Positions 1 through 12,110 of a DNA stretch of 64,000 bases are shown here, in pieces (the stretch's first letter is position 1; each line of letters begins with the position of its first letter). The notes beneath the pieces are model-generated. The model worked only from the letters and a program-made list of their open reading frames with translations. It was not told the origin of the DNA and searched no databases. The DNA is taken from NCBI GenBank assembly GCA_030390025.1, contig CM059432.1, forward strand, positions 9,796,001 through 9,860,000, given 5' to 3'. The position numbers were made by a program, and so were the translations under genes. Source of the stretch: Squalus acanthias. Its lineage: Eukaryota.

Positions 1-3000
1 GTCACCAGGACCGGATGGGATGCATCCTAGGATGCTGAGGGAGGTTAAGGAGGAAATCGCGGAGGTACTGGCCATAATCTTCCAATCCTCCTTAGATACG
101 GGGTGGTGGCAGAGGACTGGAGAATTGCAAATGTTAGACCCTTGTCCAAAAAAGGGTGTAAGGATAAACCCAGCAACTACAGGCCAGTCAATTTAACCTC
201 AGTAGTGGGGAAGCTTTTAGAAACGATAATCAGGGACAAAGTTAACAGTCACTTGGACAAGTGTGGATTAATTAAGCAAAGCCAGCACGGATTTGTTAAA
301 GGCAAGTCGTGTTTAACTAACTTGATCGAGTTTTTTGATGAGGTAACAGAGAGGGTTGATGAGGCCAATGCGGTTGACATGGTATATTTGGACTTCCAAA
401 AGGTGTTTGATAAAGTGCCACATAATAGTCTTACCAGCAAAGTTGAAGCCCATGGAATAAAAGGGACAATGGCAGCATGGATACAAATTTGGCTAAGTGA
501 CAGGAAACAGAGTAGTGGTGAACGGTTGTTTTTCAGACTCGAGGAAGGTATAGAGTGGTGTTCCCCAGGGGTCGGTACTAGGACCACTGCTTTTCTTGAT
601 ATATATTAATGACTTGGACTTGGGTGTAAAGGGCACAATTTCAAAATTTGCAGATGACACAAAACTTGGAAGTATAGTGAACAGTGAGGAGGATAGTGAT
701 AGACTTCAGGAAGACACAGACAGGCTGGGAAATTTAACGCAGAAAAGTGCGAAGTGATACATTTTGATAGGAAGAATGAGGAGAGGCAATATAAACTAAA
801 GGGTACAATCCTAAAGGGGGTGCATGAGCAGAGAGACCTGGGGGTTGTAGGGGGTGGTGTTTTTGTGTCAGCTTTACCTCTGACTTCTGAACGGTTCAAA
901 TCGCTCCCACTCCCTTGGTTCTAGACCTTGGACTTATTTGGGGGTTGTGATACAAAAGGTGCAGCAGACAACTGAGTTTGATGAAAGAACTTCAATCTTT
1001 ATTAAAAGGTAAGACACAAATAATAACACTCTTAGCACTTTAAAGGTGGGGAACACTTCGGTACAAGCGAGGGAAATGACAGTAGAACAATACTTCACCC
1101 CTCCCAACCCCACTTTACTAGCTAAGTTAGGTTTTGAAGGACCAGGGATAATGCTCACCAATCCTTTGACGATTGGGCTAAATCGCGGTTTTGGGATTCG
1201 CTGTTTATGGCGGTTAGTGTCTGCCGTAACCCGTACGCGGTAGAGGACTTCACCTAGATCTCTGGTTAGTCTTCGCGAGTCCGCTGATGCGGTAGGATGT
1301 CGTTATGGATTTATCTGGTGAGTACCCAATTTCTTTGGTTTAGCAGTAGGGCTTAGAGTCTTTGGGGAAAATCTTACCCAGGGGTAAGTCAGGAGTAGTT
1401 TGTAGTGTGGAAACTTTGCGATTCTTTGGGTTTTCTTCCCTGGAGTTGGTCTTTGTTGGTCGCGGTGGCCTGCTATTACCCGGTCAGTTGGGGGTAATGC
1501 GCAGTTGTTGGTTTCGTGAGGCCTTTGGTTTCCGCGATGGCTTTAGGCCTTGTCTAGTGTGTCGGTCGACCTCGTGGAGCCGTCGGTGACTGGTTGCTGC
1601 TTGTTGCTCCGGGTGGCTGTGTTGGGGCCGTGGTTGGGGGTCCGTCGAGGTGGTGTTTTCGCGAGCTGGACTCAGGTGTGTCTGAGTGGTGAGCGATGCC
1701 GACTCGCTTCCAGCTCGGGCCTTCTTCTTCTTGCTCTCTCCTCTTCTTGCTGGCTCTCCTTCCTTCTTCTCTCTCCTGCTTCTCCTCGTGTGTGCTTGGT
1801 GGGCCTTCAATTATACAGAATTGAAGTGGTCTTATCTACCCGCCAAATCTGTTTAGTTCATTGTCTAGTTTTGGCGGGCTCGTAAATCGGTAACGATTTA
1901 CTAGCACGTTAACTGGGTTTTAACAGGCCTTCAATCTGACCCATTGAATATGGCCTTATCTACCCGCCAAATCTGTTCAGTTCATTGTCTGAATTTGGTG
2001 GGCCTGCTACCAGTAACTGCTCTGTAAGTGTCAAATGGGTTTTTGGGATGGTTTGCATCCTGTCGATTTTCTTGGCTGATTGCTGGTGATGGGCTTTGTG
2101 TTTTGTGTTCCTAGGCTGATCTATAGCCCAGTCCTGGGTGCTCTGTATTATGCATGTTTCTTGATGGGCCTTGTAATCGGTTTGGGTGTGGCTGTCTTCT
2201 CCTAGGGTCTATTGTCAAAATGTTAATGCATGCTGGGGCTTTGAGTGAGATCATCCCGGTTCCCCAGACAATGCAATTAACTGCAATACCCAAACTGCTT
2301 TTGCAGAGGTCACCCCAACTTCTTACAAAGCCTTTTCTCCCTTTACAGGCCCAGACAGGTTTTTAAAATGCCAAAACTTGGTTTTTGGTCTTAAATTCCT
2401 TATGTTAGGCCCAAATGCTTTTTTATCACTCTGAGGTAGTTCCAAAGTCCCTTTTCCTTAGGTTTTGGGGATCTGTAAATTTTGGAAACCTTACAGGGTA
2501 TATGTGCACAAATCGTTGAAGATGGCAGGGCAGGTTGAGAAAGCGGTTACAAAAGCATACGGGATCCTTGACTTCATAAATAGAGGCATAGAGTACAAAA
2601 GCAAGGAAGTTATGATGAACCTTTATAAAACACTGGTTCAGCCTCAACTCAAGTATTGTGTCCAATTCTGGGCACCGCACTTTAGGAAGGATGTGAAGGC
2701 TTTAGAGAGGGTGCAGAAAAGATTTACGAGGATGATTCCAGGGATGAGGGACTTCAGTTACGTGGATAGACTGGAGAAGCTGGGGTTGTTCTCCTCAGAG
2801 CAGAGAAGGTTGAGAGGAGATTTGATAGAGTTGTTCAAAATCATGAGGGGTCTGGACAGAGTAGAGAGAGAGAAACTGTTCCTATTGGTGGAAGGGTCGA
2901 GAACCAGAGGACACAGATTCAAGGTGATTGGCAAAAGGACCAAAGGCGACATGAGGAAAAACGTTTTTACGCAGCGAGTGTTTAGGATCTGGAATGCACT

Positions 3001-3203
3001 GCCTGAGAGTGTGGTGGAGGCAGATTCAATCGTGGCTTTTAAAGGGAATTGGATAAGTACCTGAAGGAAATTTTATTTGCAGGGCTACAGGGAAAGGGCG
3101 CGGGGAGTGGGACTAGCTGAGGTGCTCTTGCAGAGAGCCGGCACAGGCTTGATGGGCCGAATGGCCTCCTCTGTGCTGTAACCATTCTATGATTCTATGA
3201 TTC
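1..3203 (+). mobile_element. CR1 LINE ORF2 (RT) and 3' UTR, decayed, interrupted by a solo LTR at 846-2495
   Basis: ORF 103-609 (NYRPVNLTSVVGKLLE, QHGFVKGKSCLTNL, YLDFQKVFDKVPH) and ORF 2465-3064 are collinear CR1 RT parts; (ATTCTATG)n tail near 3185-3203. Confidence 0.95.
846..2495 (-). mobile_element. Solo LTR (1650 bp) with 4 bp TSD GGGT
   Basis: TGTA...TACA termini; GGGT at 842-845 and 2496-2499; CR1 resumes precisely across it; AATAAA on the minus strand near 997-1002; internal direct repeat CTTATCTACCCGCCAAATCTGTT near 1831 and 1955. Confidence 0.8.
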
Positions 3204-3717
3204 CAATGTGTGAATGTTGGGAGAGCTGCCCTTCAGTGCTCATGCTTTTTATCAGCTGCGAGACACGAAGCCATGGAGGGATTTGAACACAAGAATGAGA
3301 ATTTTTAAATCAAGCCGTTGTTGGACCGGGAGCCAGTGTAAGCAAACTCGGTGCCAGTTAGGATACGGGCAGGAGAGTTTTGGATGAGCTCAAGTTTACA
3401 TCAATTGTACTCCTCCTGTCCCTGACACCTTACAGACCAGTTTTCAGCTGCTGATTGTGAAGCTAGCCGCCTGCACTCGGTAATGCTGAATTCTAGAGCA
3501 ATTTTGCAGGATTTACCCTTGCCAGTGCAAGGTTAGTCATTTAACTGCTTTCTAATTGCATTTGACAGCTAACTTAAAGGACTAGCGATGCTCCATTCTC
3601 ACTGACTGGCCCAGCCTGGAGGAGAGATAAAGGACATATCAGCACACTGACCGAATACAGCAAAATCATGTGGAAACCAACAGGAATGAGCTCTCCCTCA
3701 AACTTATCCATAGTGAG

Positions 3718-4451
3718 TGTAATGTAGTATCACATGGTTTGTTGCATGGTTTAGCATTATCAAATTTGTTGTCTTATAATACTCCTGTGCTGCGCCTTGG
3801 GATGTTTTACTACGTTAAAGGCGCTATATAAATACAAGTTGTTGCTGTTGTTGAGCATGCTCAGTTCACTCTGGCCTGGTAAACAAGCACCTTGACTAGC
3901 AATTCATCGTGGCTCTGTCCTTCATTTATTCTACCCACATATATTACCTTTTTGGCGACCAGGATGGGATCCTAAAGCCATTTTAGAGATCATGGAAGGG
4001 CACAGTGTTCAACCTTCGAGTGCAAAAGTTTCAGGTGAATTTGTGACACTTAAACTGAATTTTTGCGATGTTTTACTGTTAATGCTGACGCAGAATCGTC
4101 TGTGCTTCGCCTTCGCGTGTATGTATACACAGCAACAGCGGCGTTGATTCACACATGTACACAGGTAGCGTGCTGAGTCACTGTTCAACGGGATCGGGAC
4201 AATCATGGCCGTGCCGACGGGGTTCATCGGAAGCCTCGGCATGTGTGACCAAGCTCGCGAACCGTTCAGTTCTTACATTGAGCGGATGGAGATGTTTTTT
4301 AAGGCCAATAACATTATTGAGACCGAAGGTGCAGATGAGAAAGTTCAAGCTCAAAATAAAGTAATTCGTGAATGTAAAAAAGCTATTTTTCTGACGGAAA
4401 TCGGGCCAGATGTCTACGGAACGTTGACAAACCATGTGATAATACATTACA
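3718..4451 (+). mobile_element. Gypsy-derived unit: LTR, tRNA-Ser-type PBS, gag 5' end, inverted LTR start; 25 bp TIR and 5 bp TSD GTGAG
   Basis: TSD at 3713-3717 and 4452-4456; 3718-3742 is the reverse complement of 4427-4451 (24/25); PBS TGGCGACCAGGATGGGAT at 3953-3970; Gag-like ORF from 4205. Confidence 0.85.
4205..4432 (+). pseudogene. gag: Truncated Gypsy (Mag-like) gag N-terminus
   Basis: FSSYIERMEMFFKANNI...KKAIFLTEIGPDVYGTL resembles Mag-clade Gag N-termini and lies downstream of a PBS. Confidence 0.75.
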
Positions 4452-4477
4452 GTGAGCACCTCCCTTTCCCCGTCACG

Positions 4478-4955
4478 TGTCAGCCGTGGCTCAGTGGGCA
4501 GCACTCTCGCCTCGGAGTCAGAAGGTCGTGGGTTCAAGTCCCACTCCAGAGACTCGAGCACAAAACTCCAGGCTGACACTCCCAGTGCAGTGCTGAGGGA
4601 GCACTGCACTGTCGGAGGTGCCGTCTTTCGGATGAGACATTAAAACAAAGCCCCGTCTGTTCTCTCAGGTGGATGTAAAGGATCCCACGGCACTATTTCG
4701 AAGGAGTGCAGGGGAGTTATTCCCGGTGTCCTGGGGCCAATATTTATCCCTCAATCAACATCACAAAAAACAGATGTTCTGGTCATTATCACATTGCTGT
4801 TTGTGGGAGCTTGCTGTGCTCAAATTGGCTGCCACGTTTCCTACAAAACAACCGTAACAATGCATCAAACTTACTTCATTGGCTGTGAAGCGCTTTGGTT
4901 GGGACGTCCTGTCATTGTGATAGGCGCTATAGAAATGCAAGCCTTTCTTTTTTTT
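4478..4955 (+). mobile_element. tRNA-derived Deu-domain SINE (SacSINE1-like)
   Basis: Box A TGGCTCAGTGG, box B GGTTCAAGTCC, central GGAGGTGCCGTCTTTCGGATGAGAC and TTGTGGGAGCTTGCTGTG motifs, tail AGGCGCTATAGAAATGCAAG. Confidence 0.85.
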
Positions 4956-5467
4956 CTCATATAATGCACAAACAGCAAAATCTAGACCAATACTTTCCCA
5001 CTCATTTCCTTCCCCAGCCCTCTTCTCCTGAGGGTTGCCGGGGTGCAGTCCCCCCGGATGTCAGGCACCTTCAGGCACCTTCAGACCTCCGCTGTTTTCT
5101 TCACAGGTGTCTCCTACGCTGCGATTCATCATTCATTCTCACTGTACGAGAGCCTGTTAGATACACCGCGACTACACACAGTGACGGAACAGATGTTTTC
5201 ACTGCAGAAGTTTCTACTGGTAATGAGGTGGCCTGGCACTTCTTCACACGGAAGAAGCTGACTTAATTTTTTTTTTTTATAAACTGCACTGAAGTGGCAT
5301 GATTAATTTACTGCAAATATCTTCTGACAGAAATCTTTGAAAATTAATATTGCCTCTTAAGCTAATTTTCAGCAAAATAACTCCTGCTTAATCCTCCTGC
5401 GCTGTAATCGTCTGAGATGTGCAAATAGAAATGTAGGCTCGTGGCACCCAGGGTGCATTCTGTTCAA

Positions 5468-5875
5468 AGAAAGAACTTGCATTTCTACAGCGCCTTTCAC
5501 AACCCGAGGACGTCCCAAAGTGCTTTACAGCCAACAAAGTACTTTTTGAAGTGTAGCCACTGTTGTAATGCAGGAAACGCGGCAGCCAATTTGCGCACAG
5601 CAAGATCCCACCAACAGCAATGTGGATAATGACCATTTTAGTGATGTTGGTTGAGGGATAAATACTGACCAGGACACCCCTGCTCTTTTTCGAAATAATG
5701 CCATGAGGATCTATTCACACTCACATGAGAGGTCATCTGAAAGACGGCGTCTCCGACAGTGCCGCGCTCCATCGGGACTGCACTGGGAGTGTCAGCCTAG
5801 ATTTTTATGCTCAAGTCTCTGGAGCGGGACTTGAGCCCACAACCTTCTGAGGCTGAGAGTGTTACCAACTGAGAC
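5468..5875 (-). mobile_element. SacSINE1-like SINE
   Basis: Reverse-complement homologue of 4478-4955. Confidence 0.8.
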
Positions 5876-5884
5876 ACACCTGAC

Positions 5885-6345
5885 ACACATCCAGGACAAA
5901 GCAGCCCGCTTGATCGGCACCCCATCCACCACCTTAAACATTCACTCCCTCCACCACCGGCGTACCGTGGCTGCAGTGTGTACCATCTACAAGATGCACT
6001 GCAGCAACTCGCCAAGGCTTCTTCGGCAGCACCTCCCCAACCCGCGACCTCTTCCACCTAGAAAGACAAGGGCAGCAGGCGCATGGGAACACCACCACCT
6101 CCAAGTTCCTCTCCAAGTCACACACCACCCTGACTTAGAAAGTATATCGCCGATCCTTCATCGTCGCTGGGTCAAAATCCTGGAACTCCCTCCCTAACAG
6201 CACTGTGGGAGCACCTTCACCACACGGACTGCAGCGGTTCAAGAAGGCGGCGGCTCACCACCACCTTCTCAAGGGCAATTAGGGATGGGCAATAAATGCT
6301 GGCCTTGCCAGCGATGCCCACATCCCAGGAACGAATAAAAAATAT
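5885..6345 (+). mobile_element. CR1-clade LINE 3' fragment (second family)
   Basis: IQDKAARLIG...LHHRRTVAAVCTIYKMHC C-terminal motif; the same 3' end recurs near 49395-49705 and 59638-59755. Confidence 0.75.
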
Positions 6346-6368
6346 ATATAATACTTCATATATATAAT

Positions 6369-6605
6369 GGGCCAAAAATTCGGCCCTTCCCGGGTGAGTA
6401 CACAGTCCGTACTCACCCGTACTGCGTCCCGAAGTGCCGGTTTCCTGCATGCACTGCGCATGCACGGGAAATCGGAACTTCCAGTCTGGTGAAGGGGGCG
6501 GTTCCTAGGTGAACCGCGTGCGCGGTAGAGGCTGCGCGCACGCAGCGCACTTAGATTTTTTTTCAGGTTTCTACGCGAGGGTAAGTAGTGAAGAAACTAC
6601 GCTAA
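6369..6605 (-). mobile_element. Partial Harbinger-type MITE end, inverted relative to 7346-8088
   Basis: TIR GGGCCAAAAATTCGG; reverse-complement similarity to about 7865-8088. Confidence 0.65.
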
Positions 6606-6799
6606 TAATTCAAGAATTAATGATGCACGCTAAACTTTGCTTCAGTTTTGTCAAAGATGCTAGAATTTTTCCTGCTTAAATTTGACGTCGGAGGCAAACT
6701 CGTGGAAAGCCGACAAAAATAAATTGCAGAACTTTTTAAAATGGGATTTTTAAAAATTTCTTTTGCAGATTGGCAAATGTTTTGAGGATAATGATCAAA

Positions 6800-7052
6800 C
6801 TACAACAACAGCTTGCATTTATACGGCGCCTTTAACGTAGTAAAACATCCCGAGGCGCTCCACGGGAGCGTTACCAAAAGAGGATGTTGACACCGAGCCA
6901 CCGAAGGAGATATCGGGGCGGGTGACCCAAAGCCTGGTCAAAGAGGTGGGGTTTAAGCAGCGTCTGAAAGGAGGAGAGAGAGAGAGGCGGAGAGGGAGAT
7001 AAGTTTTAGGGAGGGAATTCCAGAGCTTAGGACCCTTGGCAGCAGAAGGCCC
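6800..7052 (-). mobile_element. L2 LINE 3' end
   Basis: Same sequence family as 23808-24225; TAAAGGCGC..ATAAATGCAAG-(TTG)n tail on the minus strand. Confidence 0.75.
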
Positions 7053-7345
7053 CGGTCACAGGTAAAATCAATTGGGGCAAACCCTTTCCCAATCCCAGTG
7101 GATTCTGGAGCCCACAACTGAGGAAGAAGTTGGAATCTGCTCAGGCAAAAAAAAAATGCTTGAGATTCGCTTATTCCAGAACAGCATTCGACCTAATTTG
7201 GCTTGTCATGGTGCAGAGTAACTCTGCAACCCGCACTGTTCAACGCGTCGCTCATTTAATACAGTATCGCTGTGCGGACAGAAAGGTCATGATTACCACA
7301 TCCAAGAAAGAATGTGAGGACCGGGGTGGTGCAATGTGCTACCAT

Positions 7346-8088
7346 GGGGCCAGAAATTCGGTGCTCCGGCTTCCCGCGGCTGCAAGCATCGTGCGCGTAC
7401 TTGCCTACCGCGCCTGCCGTTGTGCTTCGGGCCCGCGTGGACTTCGGCTCCTGGGCCTCCTCCAGCTGCCGGCGCGCAGTGCTTGCGTATCCCAGGGCGC
7501 AGTTAGTTCGAAGCGTCCCCTGGGATCACGTGGGCCATGGAGAGCCAATCGGAGCAGGGAATCTTCATTCATAGATTTTGACAGGAAGACCTGTCAAATC
7601 TATGAATAGAGATCGGCCCCAAAACCTCACTAAAACTTCAAATACATTTTTTTTAAATCACATTTTTAAAATAACTATAAATTACATAAATTAACTACTT
7701 TAAACAAAAATTTAAATTTTTGAAAAAATTAATTACACTTTTTAATGGTGCTAAAAATAAACTTACCTTTCTTTAAAGTATGTAAAAAAGATAAACCTGT
7801 TGAAAAAATGTTTAAATTGTACTTAATTCACCACTTACCTTGTTAAAAGCAGGCCTTGCGCCTCCTTTTTTCCTGCGCAGCTTCTCCATACTTACCCTCA
7901 CGGAGAAACCTGAAAAAAAAAACGAAGTTCGCTGCGTGCGCGCTGCCTCTCCGGCGCACGCGTTCGACCTCTGAACCCCTCCCTTCAGGGGAACGGAAGT
8001 TCCGGTTTCCAGCGCATGCGCAGTGCAGGTGGCCTTACGGGTGAGTACACAGCGCGTACTCACCCGTGGAGACCCGAATTTCTGGCCC
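7346..8088. mobile_element. Non-autonomous Harbinger-type MITE
   Basis: TIRs GGGCCAGAAATTCGG and CCGAATTTCTGGCCC; AT-rich core with GC-rich arms. Confidence 0.7.
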
Positions 8089-8764
8089 AATGTCTTTTCA
8101 CCCTTGAGAACATAATATGACTAGACAGATGGGATAAAGATCTGTTTCTTCTTTGGTGGCTTTTAAGGGTCACGGGTAAAATCAATTGGGGCAAACCCTT
8201 TCCGAATCCCAGTGGATTCTGGAGCCAGGAGGCCAGATCATCCCCATTGACCACAACTGGCATTAAAATGAAAGCCAGTAAGCTGAAATGATATCAATCC
8301 ATAGAGAGGTCTGCCTCGCCAAGCCTGATTTATTCTTTCTCGACCTCTGTTCCTCTCTGAATTAGAAAAGTAGCTTTGTGCTTTGCTTTAAAGATGTTTT
8401 GGGGAGAGGCAGATAGGGGTGGTCAGCTTTGACCCTTCGGGCACCTGACTGGCTGAACACGCTGGTCAGCCTCACATTCCGGCAGCGCGGAGACCCCCAC
8501 TCACCGTTATTTTGAAGCTAAGTTGTGGGGAGGGTGTGTGTGTGTGGGGGGGGGGTGGTGGCGGATGCGGTCACGGACGCGGTTGGTTGGGGGTAACGAG
8601 GCGGCAGGGGCTCAGATTATATTTGTGGGCCCCGGGGGTTCGTTCCTGCTCCTCCAGCGCCCACGAAGTAACGTCAAGACTCACCTTTGCTGGGCCTCTT
8701 CTCTTCCATCGCCCGTGAAAATGGCCAGGGACCTGCTCGGCGCCGGCTTAGACCAGTCCAGACC

Positions 8765-9162
8765 TAATCTCATTGAAACGGATAAAATTCTGACAGGGCT
8801 TGACAGACTGGATGCAGGGAGGATGTTTCCCTTGGCTGGAGGGGGGTCTAGAACGAGGGGTCACAGTCTCAGGATACGGGGTAGGACACTTCGGACTGAG
8901 ATGAGGAGAAATTTCTTCACTCAGAGGGTGGTGAACCTGTGGAATTCTCTACCACAGAAGGCTGTGGAGGCCAAGTCACTGAATATATTTAAGAAGGAGA
9001 TAGATGGCTTTCTAGACACAAAAGGCATCAAGGGGTATGGGGAGAGAGCGGGAATATGGTATTGAGATAGAGGATCAGCCATGATCATATTGAATGGCGG
9101 AGCAGGCTCGAAGGGTCGAATGGCCTACTCCTGCTCCTATTTTTCTATGTTTCTATGTTTCT
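8765..9162 (+). mobile_element. CR1 3' fragment inserted in a GC-rich MITE-like host (about 8415-9365)
   Basis: RTRGHSLRIRG...FFTQRVVNLWNSLP in ORF 8523-9065; (TTTCTATG)n tail. Confidence 0.9.
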
Positions 9163-10176
9163 AAAATGGCAACTGGGGTCCTATTTATCTCATAGGACCC
9201 CAATTGCCATATTAAATGGGGCCTATCACCTGCAACAGGCGGGCGCTCTGGGCACCTGGCGGTAGGCCCCTTTCAAAATGGTGGCGGCCGCATCACCGGC
9301 GTTAACGGGGCGATAAGGCTAGCGAACCCCATTTGAGGCCTCCAACCCAGTCTAAAATTGATAGACTCCCACTGAGCTGACCGTCTGAAACCGGGATCTT
9401 GGAACAGGCGCATAAGTGAAAGCACCATACCTTTCTTCTTCTCTTTATTTTCCTTTCTGTTTTTCTTTATAGTGAATCATAAACAGACTGGCAAATGGCT
9501 ACCTGTGTTTGATTGACACGACTAAGTAATTGGCTGAGGAACACAGGAACAGGAGGAGACCATTCAGCTCCTCGGGCCTGCTCCGCCATTCAATTAGATC
9601 GCGGCTGATCTGCACCTCAACTCCATTTTCCCTCCTTTGCTCCATATCCCTTGATAACCTTACCTAACAAAAATCTACTGATCTCAGTCTAGGAAGCTCC
9701 AATAGTCCCAGTATCCGCAGCCTTTTGGGGGAGAGAGTTCCAAACTTCGACTACCCTTTGTGTGAAAAAGTGTTTCCGATTTTGCTCCTGAATGGCCTGG
9801 CTCTAATTATGACCTAGAAATTCGTTATAGCCAAGGAATGGGCGATGTCAGTAGAAAGTTGGGGGAATTAGCGCCAGCCGCTAATGCTTTAGACTGCACG
9901 CGAAATTCGTGCTCACTGCTCAAAAAAATGATTGGAGTCCTAATTCAAGTCTTAAAACCCAAGCTCATTGGGGTTACACTCAAAGGGTGGAACAATATCA
10001 GGTACAGTCCAATCGCAAGTCATGATTGCCACAGGCTTTTTCCAGTACTTAAAGGGGAGGTTCATTGATGCTGCAGAACCTCATTCTCAGCATTGCTGGC
10101 TGTGCAGCTGCCTCAGCAAGCAAAAGCAGAAGCAGAAGCAAAAATAAGGAGCTGCAGGACTAAAGCAGCTGTACTC

Positions 10177-11228
10177 ATGGTAGATCCACGCCCCAGGGAG
10201 AGAGCCCGCAGATTCTGCGATCAAGCATTGGAGGCGGTGGTTTTCACTGTGGGGAGACAGAGGGCGGTGCTCTACCCGACAAGTGGCAGGAGGCACTCGC
10301 CACAAGTCTTCCGCACCATGTGGAGGGAGGTTGCCCAGCACATCTCAGGCAGCACTGTGGTCCCCAGGACCCACACACAGTGCAGGGAGAAATTTAATGA
10401 CCTCACTCGGGTGGTCAGGGTGAGTGAATGCTTCGACAAATGCTGCACACCACCATCTGTACCACAGTCTTCATACACTGCCCAAAGCACCACGCCCCCA
10501 GCACTCACCCACCAACAATCTCTACCTACCAACACTCACAACCACATTTCACACCTTGCACACAATGACAACTATTCAACCATGGGAGGCACATCACCCA
10601 AACACATTGCTCCACACTCACTCACACACTTTCCTTTCTCTTGCAGGCCAAGGTGGCTCACAACAGGAGGGAGCAGGAGGGGGACAAGCAGACACCCAAC
10701 CACTGTCTTCACTGGAGAATAAAGTGCTGCAGATTATTGGGCGCTAAGTGCTGGGCACCGTGGTCACCGGCGACGTGACCCCCTTGGGAACAATAATGGT
10801 ATGTTCATCCCTACTCCTTCTTCTCATATCCCACTTCCCCCTCACCCCACAAGCGTTACGCAGTTTCCAGCTAATCATGCTGTATGCATGCATTTCTCCC
10901 TTCCTGCCCCCTCCCCTCACCTTAAGCCAACTCTTGTGCCTTTATGCATTCAGATAATCAGCAAGCAGCTGAGCAGCCTGTCCCTGAGGGCACCGTAGAA
11001 AGCGAGGTGGGAGACAAGGAGGAGGAAGAACATACCGCGTCACTGCATCTCTCACCCGCAGACACCAGCTCAGATACTGGCACTATGCATTCTTTAGAGG
11101 CAAGTATAGTCATGAGATCTGCACAGGGTGAGGCACCAGGAATGAGTAGGCTGCAGCAAGGCCAGGGGGAAAGGGTAGCTCGGGAGCCAGCTCCCCGGAG
11201 GGTGAGTTTGCGCGCGAGTTCTACTGCA
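10177..11228 (+). pseudogene. Harbinger Myb/SANT-like DNA-binding gene, spliced (exons about 10177-10419, 10647-10798, 10954-11228), decayed
   Basis: RARRFCDQALEAVV...WREVAQHIS...RTHTQCREKFNDL trihelix motif; GT-AG junctions at the same positions as in copy B. Confidence 0.8.
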
Positions 11229-12110
11229 CTATCTGTTCCCCTTACGATAGAATCCCCTATCACTATTGCTCTCCCACTCTTTTTCCTCCCCTCCTGTGCA
11301 ACTGAGCCACTCGTAGTGCCACGGACTTGGCTCTTGCTGCATTCCCCTGAGAAATCATCTCCCCCAGCAGTAGCCAAAACGGAAAACCTGTTGGAGAGGG
11401 CGATGGACCCAGGGGACTCCTGCACTAACTTCCTAGTTCTTTTACTCTGTCTGGTGGTCACCCATTCACTTTCTGCCTGTGCACTCTTTACCTGCTGCGT
11501 GACCACCTCGTTATACGTGCTATCCACGTAGATCTCAGCCTCGCGGATGATCCACAGTGACACCAGCCGCAGCTCCAAATTCAAAATGCGGATTTCGAGT
11601 AGCTGCAGCTGGAGACACTTCCTGCACATGTGTTTGTCCTGGACACTGAAAGTGTCCCTGACTTCCCACATAGCACAGGAGGAACACTCCATGCTGCCGA
11701 GCTGCCCTGCCATGTCCTACCCTTAATTTACTCCCTTTACTTCCTCTAAATTAAAGAATATTTAATACACTAGGGACCTTACTTCACCTTACACACTACT
11801 TACTCTAAACTAGAGACCTTACTTTTACTTTAACGACTGGACTGTAGAAATACTCACCAGGTCCTACTTACCAATCAGCTCCTTCCCTGGTTGTGATGTC
11901 ACTTTAGCGGTTTTGCAGTTGTTGTTGTTGTTTGACTGCTCCCTCTCTCGGACTTTTTCCTTGGTGTAAAGTAAGAACTAATTCCTACAGGGTGAAAAGT
12001 TAGGAAAAGCAAAGGTGAAGCAACGGAGCTCCGCCTTCCACTTCTCACCTAACTCCCTCACTCACCCAACTCCAGCACTCTGTTCAAACTGCACTCAGTG
12101 CAAATCGCAC
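11229..12110 (-). mobile_element. CR1 5' UTR and ORF1 N-terminal part, 3'-truncated
   Basis: CSSCAMWE...CRKC zinc finger, coiled coil, LSNRFSVL and VIGDSIVRG esterase block I in ORF 10958-11713. Confidence 0.85.

Noticed and set aside
4478..4550. tRNA genes at SINE heads (also 19432, 27260, 60020)
   Set aside because: Box A/B only, followed by SINE bodies; no complete cloverleaf.
9430..9505. Minus-strand exon bounded by AG and GT
   Set aside because: Stop codons in all three frames.
10958..11713. 251 aa ORF as a novel fusion protein
   Set aside because: It is CR1 ORF1 running by chance into the antisense of the Harbinger Myb exon across a deletion junction.
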